A stretch of DNA of 64,000 nt from Geosiphon pyriformis uo1 (lineage: Eukaryota > Fungi > Glomeromycota), in NCBI GenBank assembly GCA_016748015.1, contig JAAOMT010000571.1:1057095-1121094 (forward strand), given 5' to 3'. A program made the position numbers and the translations under genes. Numbering within the stretch: position 1 is the first letter of the stretch; every line of letters begins with the position of its first letter. The notes beneath the pieces are model-generated. The model was not told the origin of the DNA. It made no database searches and saw only the letters and a list, made by a program, of their open reading frames with translations. Below are positions 41,401 through 52,900 of the stretch, one piece after another.

Positions 41401-41605
41401 AACAAGAATTCTGTGATTCCTGATGAGAGGAATTCTGGAATTCTGGAATCCTGCAATTTTTCGCTGGGGAATCCTAAAATTTCTGGAATCCTGCAATTCC
41501 TCTAAGAGGAATTCTGGAATTCTACATTTACTACATCTACCTCTGATTGGCTAATATCTTACTGACTAATAATACTATATTTCCTATATTCTATGAGTAA
41601 CATTA

Positions 41606-42275
41606 TCCCCTCTTTTTAATATTGAGCTCTGTTGAAATCTAATTCTTTTAATTCCCCTTCTTGAATTATTTCTTGAACTTCTTTTTCAAGTATTACTTGT
41701 GTTATTTTATTTTGTAGTTCTTCAAATTGGGCATTGGTCATTTTTCCCAATTGATTACTCATAACTGTATCCATTGCTGTGTTGAGTAAAATTTCTGGTT
41801 AGTCTTGAAATCTCATATATAGTCTGTAAATGGCTCGAGCTTATGTGGTTAGATTGTTCTTTTCCACAAATTGTTCTAGTTGTCCCAGTATAGTGTTGTC
41901 AAATAACCATTTTGTTTTGTTGGTGTACAAGTTCTGGATATTTACGTGTTGTCTCAAGTAAAAATAACAATAGTTTTTTGGAAATTGTTGTATTCACCAA
42001 GTCCAAGTTTCTCTGGTAAGTTCTTGATATAATCTGACTATTTGTTATTCTTTCATGGCCAATTTTATCTTGGTCATAATCTTGTCAACCATGTTTTTAA
42101 GTCTTTTTTTTGCTTTGTTTGGTGGTATCTTTGCCATATTTTTGTAATGAATGGTTTGTTGATTGATGGTAATTTTCATCTCTTGGTGTTGGATTAATTG
42201 AAAAATTTGTTGGGCTAGTAAATGGATATTGTCTGTAATCTCCATTTTTCTGATCTTTTCTGTCACGTTAATCAT
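41606..42275 (-). pseudogene. Element E ORF3 (unknown function)
   Basis: ATG at 42275, 23 nt after the IN stop. Homologous to C ORF3 (ATG 37559; RKMEITD/NSIHLLAQQ...ARAIYRL..GFQD.PEILLN). Ends in the PPT. Confidence 0.7.
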
Positions 42276-42298
42276 GTTCTTATATATTCTTTTGTCAA

Positions 42299-43681
42299 TC
42301 AATTGGACATGTTGTTGTCAATGATAATGATTGGTTCCAAATCTTGTGGAATCTCATTTGGTTGGACTAGTATTCTCTGTACTCCTAATTGTAGAATATT
42401 ACTAGTAGATAATGATGCTATATGGTGATATGGTTTCAGTCGATCTCTATGTGCTGTTTTGGTCAAGATTTTGTTATTCAATCTTAATTTGTAAGCTCCA
42501 TTTCTTAGAATTTCTTCTATGTAAAATAGTCCATCCCATTTGAGGTCAAATTTTCCACTCCATTGTTTTTCCGCTTTGGTATGATGTAAGAGTACTTTGT
42601 CTCCAATCCTGAATTCAACTGGTTTATCTGGTAGTTGGTTATCATGTCTTTCTTTTTGTTTCTCTTGTGACTTTTGTATGTTATCAGCTGCTCTTTGTTG
42701 TTTGTTTTCTAATGTTTCTATTAAGTTATATGTTCTTCTTAACAATGTATTTTTGAAATTCTCTTCTGTTATTGGTTCGGTTGGGTATGTACTAACTTCT
42801 ATTTCCACTGGTAGTGTTGCTGCTCTACCATATACTAATTCAAATGGTGTTGCTTGTGTAGTATCTTGCTTCATTGTCTGATAAGCAAATAGTACTGATG
42901 GTATCAACAAATTCCAATCATTCTGGTTTTCTTGGCTGAATTTAGCTATTGTTTCACACAATGTTCTGTTGAATCTTTTGACTAATCCATTGGTTTGTGG
43001 ATGGTATGGTGATGATAGTAGTCTCTTAATTCCGAATCTTTGGCTTAATTCTGTTAATGTTTTGTTCACAAAATGAGTTCCTTGGTCTGATAATAATTCT
43101 TTTGGACATTCATGTCGACAGATCAGATTCTGATGAACAAATTCAGCAATGGATTCTGCATTTGCTTTTTGAATTGCTTTCACCTCTGGCCATTTAGTGA
43201 GATAGTCCATGGCTACTGCTATGTACCTGTTTTTTCCGCTGGTAATTGTTAATGGTCTGACTAGATCAATTCCAACATGGTCAAATGGTTGTCCTACTTT
43301 AATTGGTTTTAATGGTTCACTGGATTTTGTACCTTCTTTTTGCTGACAAGCATTACAATTTTGAACATATTGGATGATGTCTGGATACATTAATGGCTAA
43401 TAGTATCTTTTTCTGGTTCTTTCTATGGTTGTTTCTTTATGAAAATATTCTGCTGTTGGATTTAAGTGCATGTTGAATAATATTGTCTCTTTTTTTGGCT
43501 CTGTAATTACTCTAGTTGGTTGATCTGGATCTTTTCTATTTTTCTGATAAAGTATATTTTAGTGAGTAATAAAATATTTTGATTGTTGTTTGATACTCTT
43601 TCGTTCCGTTTGAGATAAATTCTTTTTAAACTGTTGAGTGTTTATATAATGTTGAAATTGTTGATATTTTTGTATGTTTAT
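42299..43681 (-). pseudogene. Element E integrase, encoded as a separate ORF
   Basis: HHCC remnant (CNACQ), VGIDLV, LLSDQGTHF, PQTNGLVKRFN, GPF-type C-terminus. A 363-aa stretch is still open. The start ATA at 43681 aligns with the intact ATG at 38965 in C. Confidence 0.9.
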
Positions 43682-43743
43682 ATTTTGTTATATTTTTCGT
43701 TGGTATTGTTCTGGTTTTGTTATATTTTTGTGTTAAAATATTC

Positions 43744-46700
43744 TTAGATTTGTCTTATTTGCAACAAACTGTTAGCATTTCTGTTATCTTTTCCTTTTTT
43801 GTAATGTATAGTATAATTGTATGATATGAGTGCCATTTTCTATCTTGACTGTCTTCCATCTCCAAATTTTTGTTTTTAGAGTGATGTTAATCCCTTGTGA
43901 TCTGTGTATACTTTAAACTTCTGGCTCAAGTATTCTTTCCATTTTATGACTGACCAATATATTGTTAAGTGTTCTTGTTCCGGTGTTCCATAGTTCTTTT
44001 TGGCTGGTGTTAAACCTCTGCTAGCATATGCTACTGGATGTTCTCTGCTGTCTGGTCCTCTCTGAGATAATACTGCTCCCAATGCTTGGCTGGATGCATC
44101 AGTGGTGATGATGAATGGTTTGCTGTGATCTGGATAAATCAGTACTGGAGCTTGAATGAGCTTTCTTTTCAAAATGTCAAAAGCTTCTTGTTGACTTTCT
44201 GCCCATTCATATTTGGTATTCTTGGTTTGCAGTTGGTTGAGTGGCTGTGCTATCTTGGAAAAGTTTTTGATAAAATGTTAATAGTAGCTGGCAAATCCCA
44301 AGAATGATTTCAGTTCTGTTATATTGGTCAGCACTGGAAAGTTTTTTACTATCTCTATTTTCTCTGAATCTGTTTTGATGCCGTCTTTGCTAACTATGTG
44401 TTCCAAAAATTTTAGTTCTGTCTTGCCAAAGAAGCACTTTGTTGCATTTAACTTTAGTCCTGCTCTTCTTAATCTTTCGAACACTTGTTGAAAATGATGA
44501 AGATGATTATCAAATGTTTTTGAGAATACGTTGGTGTTGTCCAAGTATACAACTACTGATTTCCACAATAAGCCAGTATAGACAATTTCCATTAGCCATT
44601 GGAAAGTGGCTGGTGCATTGGTTAAACCAATTGGCATTATTACAAATTCGAAATTCTCTTCTTTTGTGGTGAATGCTGTCTTCTCTTTGTTAGCTGGATC
44701 CATGGCCACTTGCCAATAACCACTGTCTAAATCTAATGTTGAGAACCACTTGTTCCTGTCAAAAGCATCAAATAATTCCTGTATCTATGAAATTGGATAG
44801 CTGTCTTCACGAGTTACATCATTGAGTTTCCTGTAGTCTACACAAAATTGAATTTTTCCATTTTTCTTATGGACAAGTACCACTGGTAATAACCATAGGC
44901 TTATTGATGGCTGAATTAGCCCATTGTCAGCATTTGGTTTATCTCTTGACAAATAATCTTGTGGCTGGCTGGTGGCACTCTGTATGCTCTTTGTTTAATT
45001 GACATTGTATCTCCAGTTTTGATTTAATACTGGATGATGTCAGTTTGGCCAAACTCATTTTCACTGGCAAAAATGTCTTTGAAATTGTTGAGCAATATCT
45101 TAAGCTGCATACGTTGGAGTGGATCTAAGTTTCCCATGTTCATTTGTTCCAATTGTTCTGGTTGGAGTAAATAACATTTGTCTCATCCATAGATTGTTTG
45201 TGATGTGATGTCAACATATCCACAAAGTTGTGGAAACTCTGGAATGGGATTTGGTGGTTGGTCTTCTATTTCTGTGGTTAAATATCTGATGGTAGTTTTT
45301 TCTGGTATGTTGATGACATTGCCAGTGTTGTTGTAGATGGGAATTTTTATGCAGCTATAATCTTTGGCTGGTATGTGGAGATTGATAAGTCCAACTTCTC
45401 CTAATTTACAAAGACTGGCTTCTGCTTCAAAAATTTGTGCTTGGTCTTTTTCTTTCTTTTCTATTGCTAGCATGTACTGGCTATATGGTGGAATGGAAAT
45501 AGCTTGGCTGGTTGAGATAATTTCTCTTTGGCCAACAATTTCTTCTTTTGCCATATTAACTGGTACATCTATTCTACCCATTGACCCAAATCTCTGTATC
45601 TCTCTTGCTGTTATTCCTAACTCTTTCCTGTTTCTCACCAGTACTAACTGAGCTATCTTAACCAAAGGTAAGAATATTGCCTGTGTTATCTTTTTGTTCG
45701 GCTCTATTATATAGGCCTTGTTTGAGTCATTTTGTGATATTTCCCACATATCCTGTGTCAATTATTCCTCCTTTATATTAATCTCTCTTTTCGCTAGACT
45801 ATTCCTAGATGCTAATTAAACCATTGTTGTTGCTAGAATTTCCAGTGCTATTTTCAAATTGATGCAGATGCGTGTATGTAGTTCCAATTTGATGGCTTCT
45901 GTTCTTGGATATCTTAGATCAAATCCTGTATTAGTATCATGCACGCGTTCTGGCATAATACCTTCTCCATTGTCACTATACCATTTCAACTCTTGTTCCT
46001 TGGAGAGATTTGGTAGTGCAATGTATTGTTCATAGTTTAAATCGGAGTTTGAATCTGAGTTTGAATTGTCTTTATTGTCATTGCCATTTTGAATGGAACT
46101 AGAACTGGTGTTTTTGTTATTATCGTCAGAGTCTAGATCATGATTAATTAGCAATTCTGATTCTGATGCACAGCTGCTGATTGGTTTTTCTTCTTCAAGA
46201 ATTGTGTAGATCATGCATGGTGGTGGATTGTAAATGAGGTCACAATTGTCACAATATTCAAAGTCACTGGGAATTAAACAATGGCAACACAGTCTTGTAT
46301 TCAACTGTGCTAGCCATTGTTCTTGTTCTTCTCTAGTGGGTGCCAAGTTTTGGTAGTATTCATAAAATTCTTCTGGTTCCAGAAAATTTATGACTGGCTC
46401 TGCATTCCAGTCAAGCTTGATGGGTTCTGGTGGGTTGTTTTTAATTGTCCTGATTTCTTCTGGTGATGTGCCTTCAATTTTGGCAATTGCCATTTGCCAT
46501 AATTCATTGTCTTTGTGTGAACAACTGTCCAATTGCTGTACAGCTCTTCTTCAGACAGCTTCTATGGGTGTTTCTTTCTCGACCCAGTCACTGATGAGAA
46601 TCATGTATTGGCAGGACACGTCGCACATTTCTTCTCTCCCCAGAATGTCGTTCCATATTCCTTTGTCGAGGAGAGTTTTTCCACAGGCTATACATGGTGT

Positions 46701-49700
46701 ATTATTCCATTTTCCCACTTGTTTTGGTCTTCCAAAACATTCGACACAGCATGCACAGCAATAAAACTTGGTTGCCATCTAATATTCTTCATTGTTGCTA
46801 CAGCATGTGCCCATTGACGACAATTTCTTGCCACAATCAATGCATATCAGTTTGGGTCAGTAATAGGTCGATGATTGTTGTTAACTGTAGGTGTATGAGA
46901 TATAAGTGTTGTTGGCTTGAGTGTTTTCTTTCTCTCTCTCTTTCCCTTTTCCCTTTTCTTCTTTTTACTCCCAACTTGATGGTTTTTCCTGTTCGTTGTC
47001 AGTCCAAGTCAAATTGTTTGTTTCCCAGAGCAGTTCCTCTTTTTGCTTTTCCTTAGGGTTGTTGTTCCACGAGAGTATTGGTGGTAGTTCGTTGTGGTCA
47101 GTGTCAGCCCAGGAGACTTGATAAGCTTCTCAGATAGGTTTCTCTTTCTCCTCCTCCAGTTCGATCAATAGTTTCTCTCTTGGAGGAGTCTTAAAATGGC
47201 CACATGTGGCCAGTACACATATGTATTAGTCCTGATATGTTAGCTGGAATTCCTGGGTGTTCTTGTCTAATGTCGTGTTGACTTTGGATAGCCAGTTATT
47301 ACCAACGAAAGCTTGATATTGAGTGGCTTCCATCACTAGAACTTTAATGGAAGTCACGATGCCATTGACTTCGAAAGGGAAGTCATCGATTTTGCCAATT
47401 GGAGTTTTGGTCACTCCATTGGCTGTGATAATTCTGGCGCTGGCAGCTCAATCAACTCGGCAACCTAATTGATTCATGAGTTGTCATGTGATGATGATGC
47501 TGCCTGTTGAACCACTGTCAAAGATCAATTTGAGAAATTGTTCTTCGACTTTGGTATCAGTGTATATTGTGGTGATTGGTTTGGCTTCAAGAGTAGCTTT
47601 ACTAAATAATGGTGTTATAGTTGTTTCCTTGAATTTGAATGGGAATATAGCAGCCAAAAACTTGTCTTTGGTAATGGTAGTGGGTGAGATATTACTGGTG
47701 AGTGGTTGTTTTTGGGCGAATACCAGGTTATTGGTTGGGGTGTCTTCTGAGGTGACCAGGAAACTTAAATAGTTCTGGGAATTCAGGTTCTGGGGTTGAC
47801 CAGCACCTGAATTCCTCTGGCATAATCCAGATGGTTGCTGTAAAGAACTGGAGATCAGTTGATGGACTACCATTGCCAATCTCCAGCTTTGTTGAGTTAT
47901 TCTTGGTCTTTGGGTTCTATTGGGTGGTAAGTTTTGGGGTGGTGTTTGGATTTGTTGGGGTTGATAGATTATTTGTGGCTGTGGTTGTTGATAAATTACT
48001 TGTGGCTGTGGTTAATAGATTGGAGCTTGATACACCAGAGATTGATAGACTGATGACTGCATCACTAGTAAGTAAGCAGGTTGGTTTTGATTTGGGTACT
48101 GATTTGGAGTTTGGAACTGGCCATTGGGGTTTTGATATTGGTTTTCTGATCATTGGTTATTTGAACGTTGGTGACAGTCAATTTGGATATGTCCTTGTTT
48201 ACTACAATAGTGACAGATATGCATTTTCTGTTGCCACTGTTGATTGGTCGATGAAGATGAACATGGCTGATTTTGGGCATAATTAGAGTTTCTTTGATTA
48301 TTGCATCGTTGTAAAGGCTGATAAATGGCATGATTGTCAACTAAGTATCCTTCCAATCTCTTATTAATTAATTCATTGAACTTCTCCAATTTGGAATCCA
48401 ATTCAGATGATCTGTTCATTATTAGATTAATGGCTTAGACGTGATTAGTCTCTGATTTAGTGGATTCAAAATCTCTGGTGTGTGTGACTGCATCTTGAAG
48501 GGTGTCTGGATGCAATGGATGTACATGTTGCAAGATGCTGCTGCACAGGCTACAAATAAACTGGTTAAGGATCTGTGGGGCTGTAAAATAGTTGGCGTCA
48601 ATTGCTTGAATTTGGCACAGGTTTCAATGGAAGCATCCCAGGTAAGTGGTGACCACTTCAGTTTCTTCTTGTTTCATGGTGGTGAATGTATTGACTAGGC
48701 GATTGATGCTGTTATTGTTGCTGAAGTATCTTAGGAATTCCACTTTGAAGGCATTGAAATCTTGTGGTTTATTAACCAAGCTCTGATATCATGAATTGGC
48801 GGTATCCTTGAGAAAGTAGAGAATAGCTTGCATTGCTTGGGCATCATTTCATCCGTTGACTGTGATGGCTTTTTTTACATCATTCAGCCATACTTGAGTG
48901 TCATTCTCTTCACCAGTAAAATTGTTAAGTTTTACAATTGGTGCATAGACCATTGGATCTAAGTTAGGTGGTTGTGGTGGCTGTTAAAACAGTTGTTGTT
49001 GTACTGGTTGTTGGGATGGTAGTTGAAGTGGCTGTCATATAGGTTCAGCTATGAGATTAATCAGCAGTTAATTGATAACAATTACCAGAGGTAAGTTTTA
49101 CTGATTAATTAATTCGGAGTTTGGATTGTTCTGCCTTTGATGATTTGGTGTTTTGATTTCTGAATTTTCTAGATTTAGATTTTGCTGAGTTTGAAAATTC
49201 GGGATTTCAACTTCCGGGTTTTCAGTGATTAGGTGCTGATAAGTGAATTCTTGATCCTCTGATTCTTCTTCCTCTTTTTCTGATTCTGTTGCTTCCCACA
49301 GATCAGAGATTCCGAAATCTGGTGGAGACGATGGTGATCAAAGTCCTGATAGAGTTGATGATTGTGAATTAAATCCCTCAAAGTATTTGCCGTATGGTTC
49401 TAATAATTCTGTTTTTCTTTGTCTACTTTGGAATGGAAATCATCCAAATACTGATGTTGTAGTTGATGGGAACACATCTGTTGATGATATGTTGATGGTG
49501 CTTCCAAATGTATAGTGGTAGGATGGGTTGCTTGAGGATTCAATTCTGTTTTTCTTCCAAGTAGGTGGCTGTATTTTTCTGGGTGTTACTGCTGGTATTT
49601 GTAGTTTTCCCTTGCCTTTACTAGCATATGTAATTGGATATCTTTGTTGAGTGTGGTGTTTAATTTCTTTGTTGATCTCAGTGATGATGGATGTGAAATT

Positions 49701-49934
49701 ATGATTTGTTGACAGGTTGGTGTTTTGAATTAACTCCTTATAGAAAGTTTCTCTTGCTGATTCAGTATTCACTGGTGTTTTTAATAAAGAGGAAATTTTT
49801 TCGTTGACATAGAAATTGAAGACTGATTCGGTGGATATATGATTGTGGTTTAATCCCAAGTATTGACAATAGTGTTGAAATAAGGATTTTGCAAATTCTA
49901 AATGGTTTGTTTCTATATTTTCTGATTTTGTCAC
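43744..49934 (-). pseudogene. Element E Gag-PR-Cys-rich-dUTPase-RT-RNase H polyprotein (about 2060 codons, broken by transition stops and one frameshift)
   Basis: The ORF fragments starting at 49934, 48419, 47879, 47414, 46778, 46532 and 45761 share one frame. Motifs: CHYCSKQGHIQIDC, LIFDSGS, GFDLRY, VVVYLDN, TTDAS, VYTDH. Stop TAA at 43744-43746. Confidence 0.88.
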
Positions 49935-52900
49935 TTTTGGTTTGGTGTTATCAGTGCTGGTTCTCTGTAGGATTATACCTCACAGGAAGCACCAAATGTT
50001 ACAGGTGATTATTTCTGCTGTTAAATTAAATAACAAACCTGTAACTTGGTGTTCAAAAGCTACTTCCGTGGATGAGGTTCTGCAAGTGTTGTATCTGAAG
50101 GTTTTGATGAAGTCTTTTGTATAATAGACAGAGATTCAATAGGGTCGATAGTAGATGTATCTTTCCAAGAGTTTTCCCAATTTCTTTCTCAGCATGGTGA
50201 CTGGATTTAGTCTGGCAGTCGTGCCTTTCTGGTAAGCTATTTGATAATATATAAAATCCTACTCTTATTTCTGGGTCTTTTACCAGGCTATCCTTGACAT
50301 CAATAACTCAGTGCTTAATTTTTTTAATCAATTAGTATACAACAACAAAATCACAGAAAAAAAGAAAATAAAATAAAGAAAATAAAAATAAAGAAAATAG
50401 AAAAAATAAGCCAAGGCAATTTGTTAGTATCTCATCAATAGCCGTGATCAAGAGCTATTGTTCCAGCATGGTTAAGTATCAATTACTATCAACATGAAGC
50501 ATTGATAGTAGAAAGTGGGTTGAGATATGAAATAATTATTTATTTGATGATTGGGAACTGGAATATTGCTTAGATTAAATTTAAACTGAGAGGTCTGTCT
50601 TTTCAGCTTCTAATCTTACTGCTATATATACATAATTGAGATTCCTCAATTCCTCAATTCTTTGTAACAGGAATTCTGGGATTCCTGAAATCCTGCAATT
50701 CCTGATAAGAGAAATCCTGGAATTCTGAAATCCTGCAATTCTTTGCTGGGTAATTCTGAAATTTCTGGAATTCTGCAATTCCTCTGAGAAAAATTTAGAA
50801 ATTCCATATTTACTATGTCTACCTCTGATTGGCTAATATCTACTGATTAATAATACTATATTTCCTATATTCTATGAGTAACAGCATTTAATTTCAATCC
50901 TGCTTGTCTGAGTCTTTTAAATACTTGTTGGAGATGATGTAAATAATTATCGAATGTTTTTGAGAACACATTTGTGTTATCCAAGTATATGACTACTGAT
51001 TTTCATAGTAGTCCTATATAAACAATTTTCATAAGTTGTTGGAATGTGACTGAAGCATTCATCAAGCCAAATGGCATAACTTCAAACTCAAAATTCTCTT
51101 CTTATGTTGTAAAAGCTGTCTTCTCTTTGTCTTTTGGCTTCATGGCTACTTGTCAATAACTACTGTCTAAATCTAGAGTTGAAAACTATTTTTTTCCTCC
51201 AAAAGCATCAAAAAGTTCTTAAATCTTTGGAGTTGGATAGCTATTTTTTTTTGTTACTCTATTTAGTTTTTGGTAATTCATGCAAAAGCAGATTTTCCTA
51301 TTTTTTTTATGGACTAGTATTATTAGTGATGACCATAAACTTATTGATGGCTGAATTAGCTTGTTGTTAAGTATTTGATTGATTTCTTGATGAATAATCT
51401 CATGGCTGGCTGGTGGTACTTTGTATGCTCTCTATTTAATTGGCATTGCATCTCCAGTCTTAATTTGGTGTTGGATAATGTCAGTTCTGCCAAATTTATT
51501 TTCACTAGTAAAAATGTCATTGAAGTTGTTGAGTAACATTTTTAATTGCATTTGTCAAAGTGAGTTTAGATTTCCCATGTTTATCTGTTCCAATTGTTCT
51601 GGTTAAAGCAGATAACATTTGTTTTGTCTGTAAATAGTTTGTGATGTGATATCCACATATTCACAAAGCTGTAAAAAATCTGGAATGTAGTTTGGTGGTT
51701 GATCTTCAACTTTCATGGTTAAATATCTAATGATAATTCTTTTTGGTATTTCAATGATATTTTCAGTTGTATTGTAGATGGGGATTTTAATGTGATCATA
51801 ATTCTTGGCTGGTATGTGTAAATTGACTAATCCAATCTTTCCTGATTCACAAAGTGTTGCTTCTGCTTCAAAAATTTGAACCTGATCCTTTACTTTTCTT
51901 TCTATAGTTACCATGTACTGATTATATGGTGGAATGGAGATTGGTTGATGAGTGAAAATAATTTCTCCTTTGTCAACAATTTTTTTCTCTGCCATATTAA
52001 CTGGTACCTCTATTCTATCTGTAGATCCGAATTCTTGTATCTCTCTTGCTGTTATCCCTAACTTTTTTTTGTTTTTCACTAATACTAATTGAGCTATTTT
52101 CATCAGAGACAGAAATATTGCCTGTGCTATCTTTTCATTTGAATTTATGATATATGTCTTTTCTGAGTTATTTTGTAGCATAGCAATAATATTTTTTACG
52201 TATTTTGCATTAATTATTTCTCTTCTAATGTTGATTCCCTTTTTGGCTAAGCTACTTTTAGATGCTAATTGAACTATTGTTGTTGCTGGAATTTCTAGTG
52301 CTATTTTGAGATCAATGCAGATGTATAAATGGAGTTCTAATTTGATGGGATCTTTTTCCAAATATCTTAAGTCAAACCCTACATCAGTATTATGTGCATG
52401 TTCTGGCATAATACTTTCATTATTATTGCTGAACCATTTAAGTTTCTGTTCCTTGGTGAGATCAAGAAGTGTGATGTATGTTTTGGGGTTTGAATTGAAG
52501 TTTGAATCATTGTAATTTTTGTGGTCAATTTGAATGGAGCTGGAATCATTATTTTTGTTGTCATCATTGTCGGAGTTTGAATCGGAATTGAACAGGGATT
52601 CTGATTCCGATTCAGAGTTATTAATGGGTTCTTTTTTCTCTGGAATCATGTAGATCATGTGTGGTGATGAATTGTAAATGAGGTCACACTTATTACAATA
52701 TTGAAAGTCACAGAAAATTAAGCAATGTTAACATAATTAAGTATTCAACTGTTCTAACTACTGCTTCTGTTCTTCTCTAGTGAGTGCTAATCACTGGTAA
52801 TGTTCATAAAATTCTTCTGAATCATCCTCAATATTGCCAAAGATGTCAATAGTGAGGATGTATTCCAGTTCAGGCAATAACAGTGGGTTATTTTTAATTT

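Larger units (their letters stand above)
39701..50883 (-). mobile_element. Three-LTR Gypsy unit D/E inserted in the RT of element C; least eroded copy
   Basis: LTRs 39701-40604, 40737-41602 and 49997-50883. TSD GCAT (39697-39700 / 50884-50887). Removal restores AGLKLNANKCFFG in C. Confidence 0.92.

Noticed and set aside
47917-48153. Ser/Thr-rich ORFs (also 54123-54593) as mucin-like proteins
   Set aside because: They are alternative frames of the Gln/Pro-rich (PQxIYQ) Gag linker; the polyprotein frame runs through.
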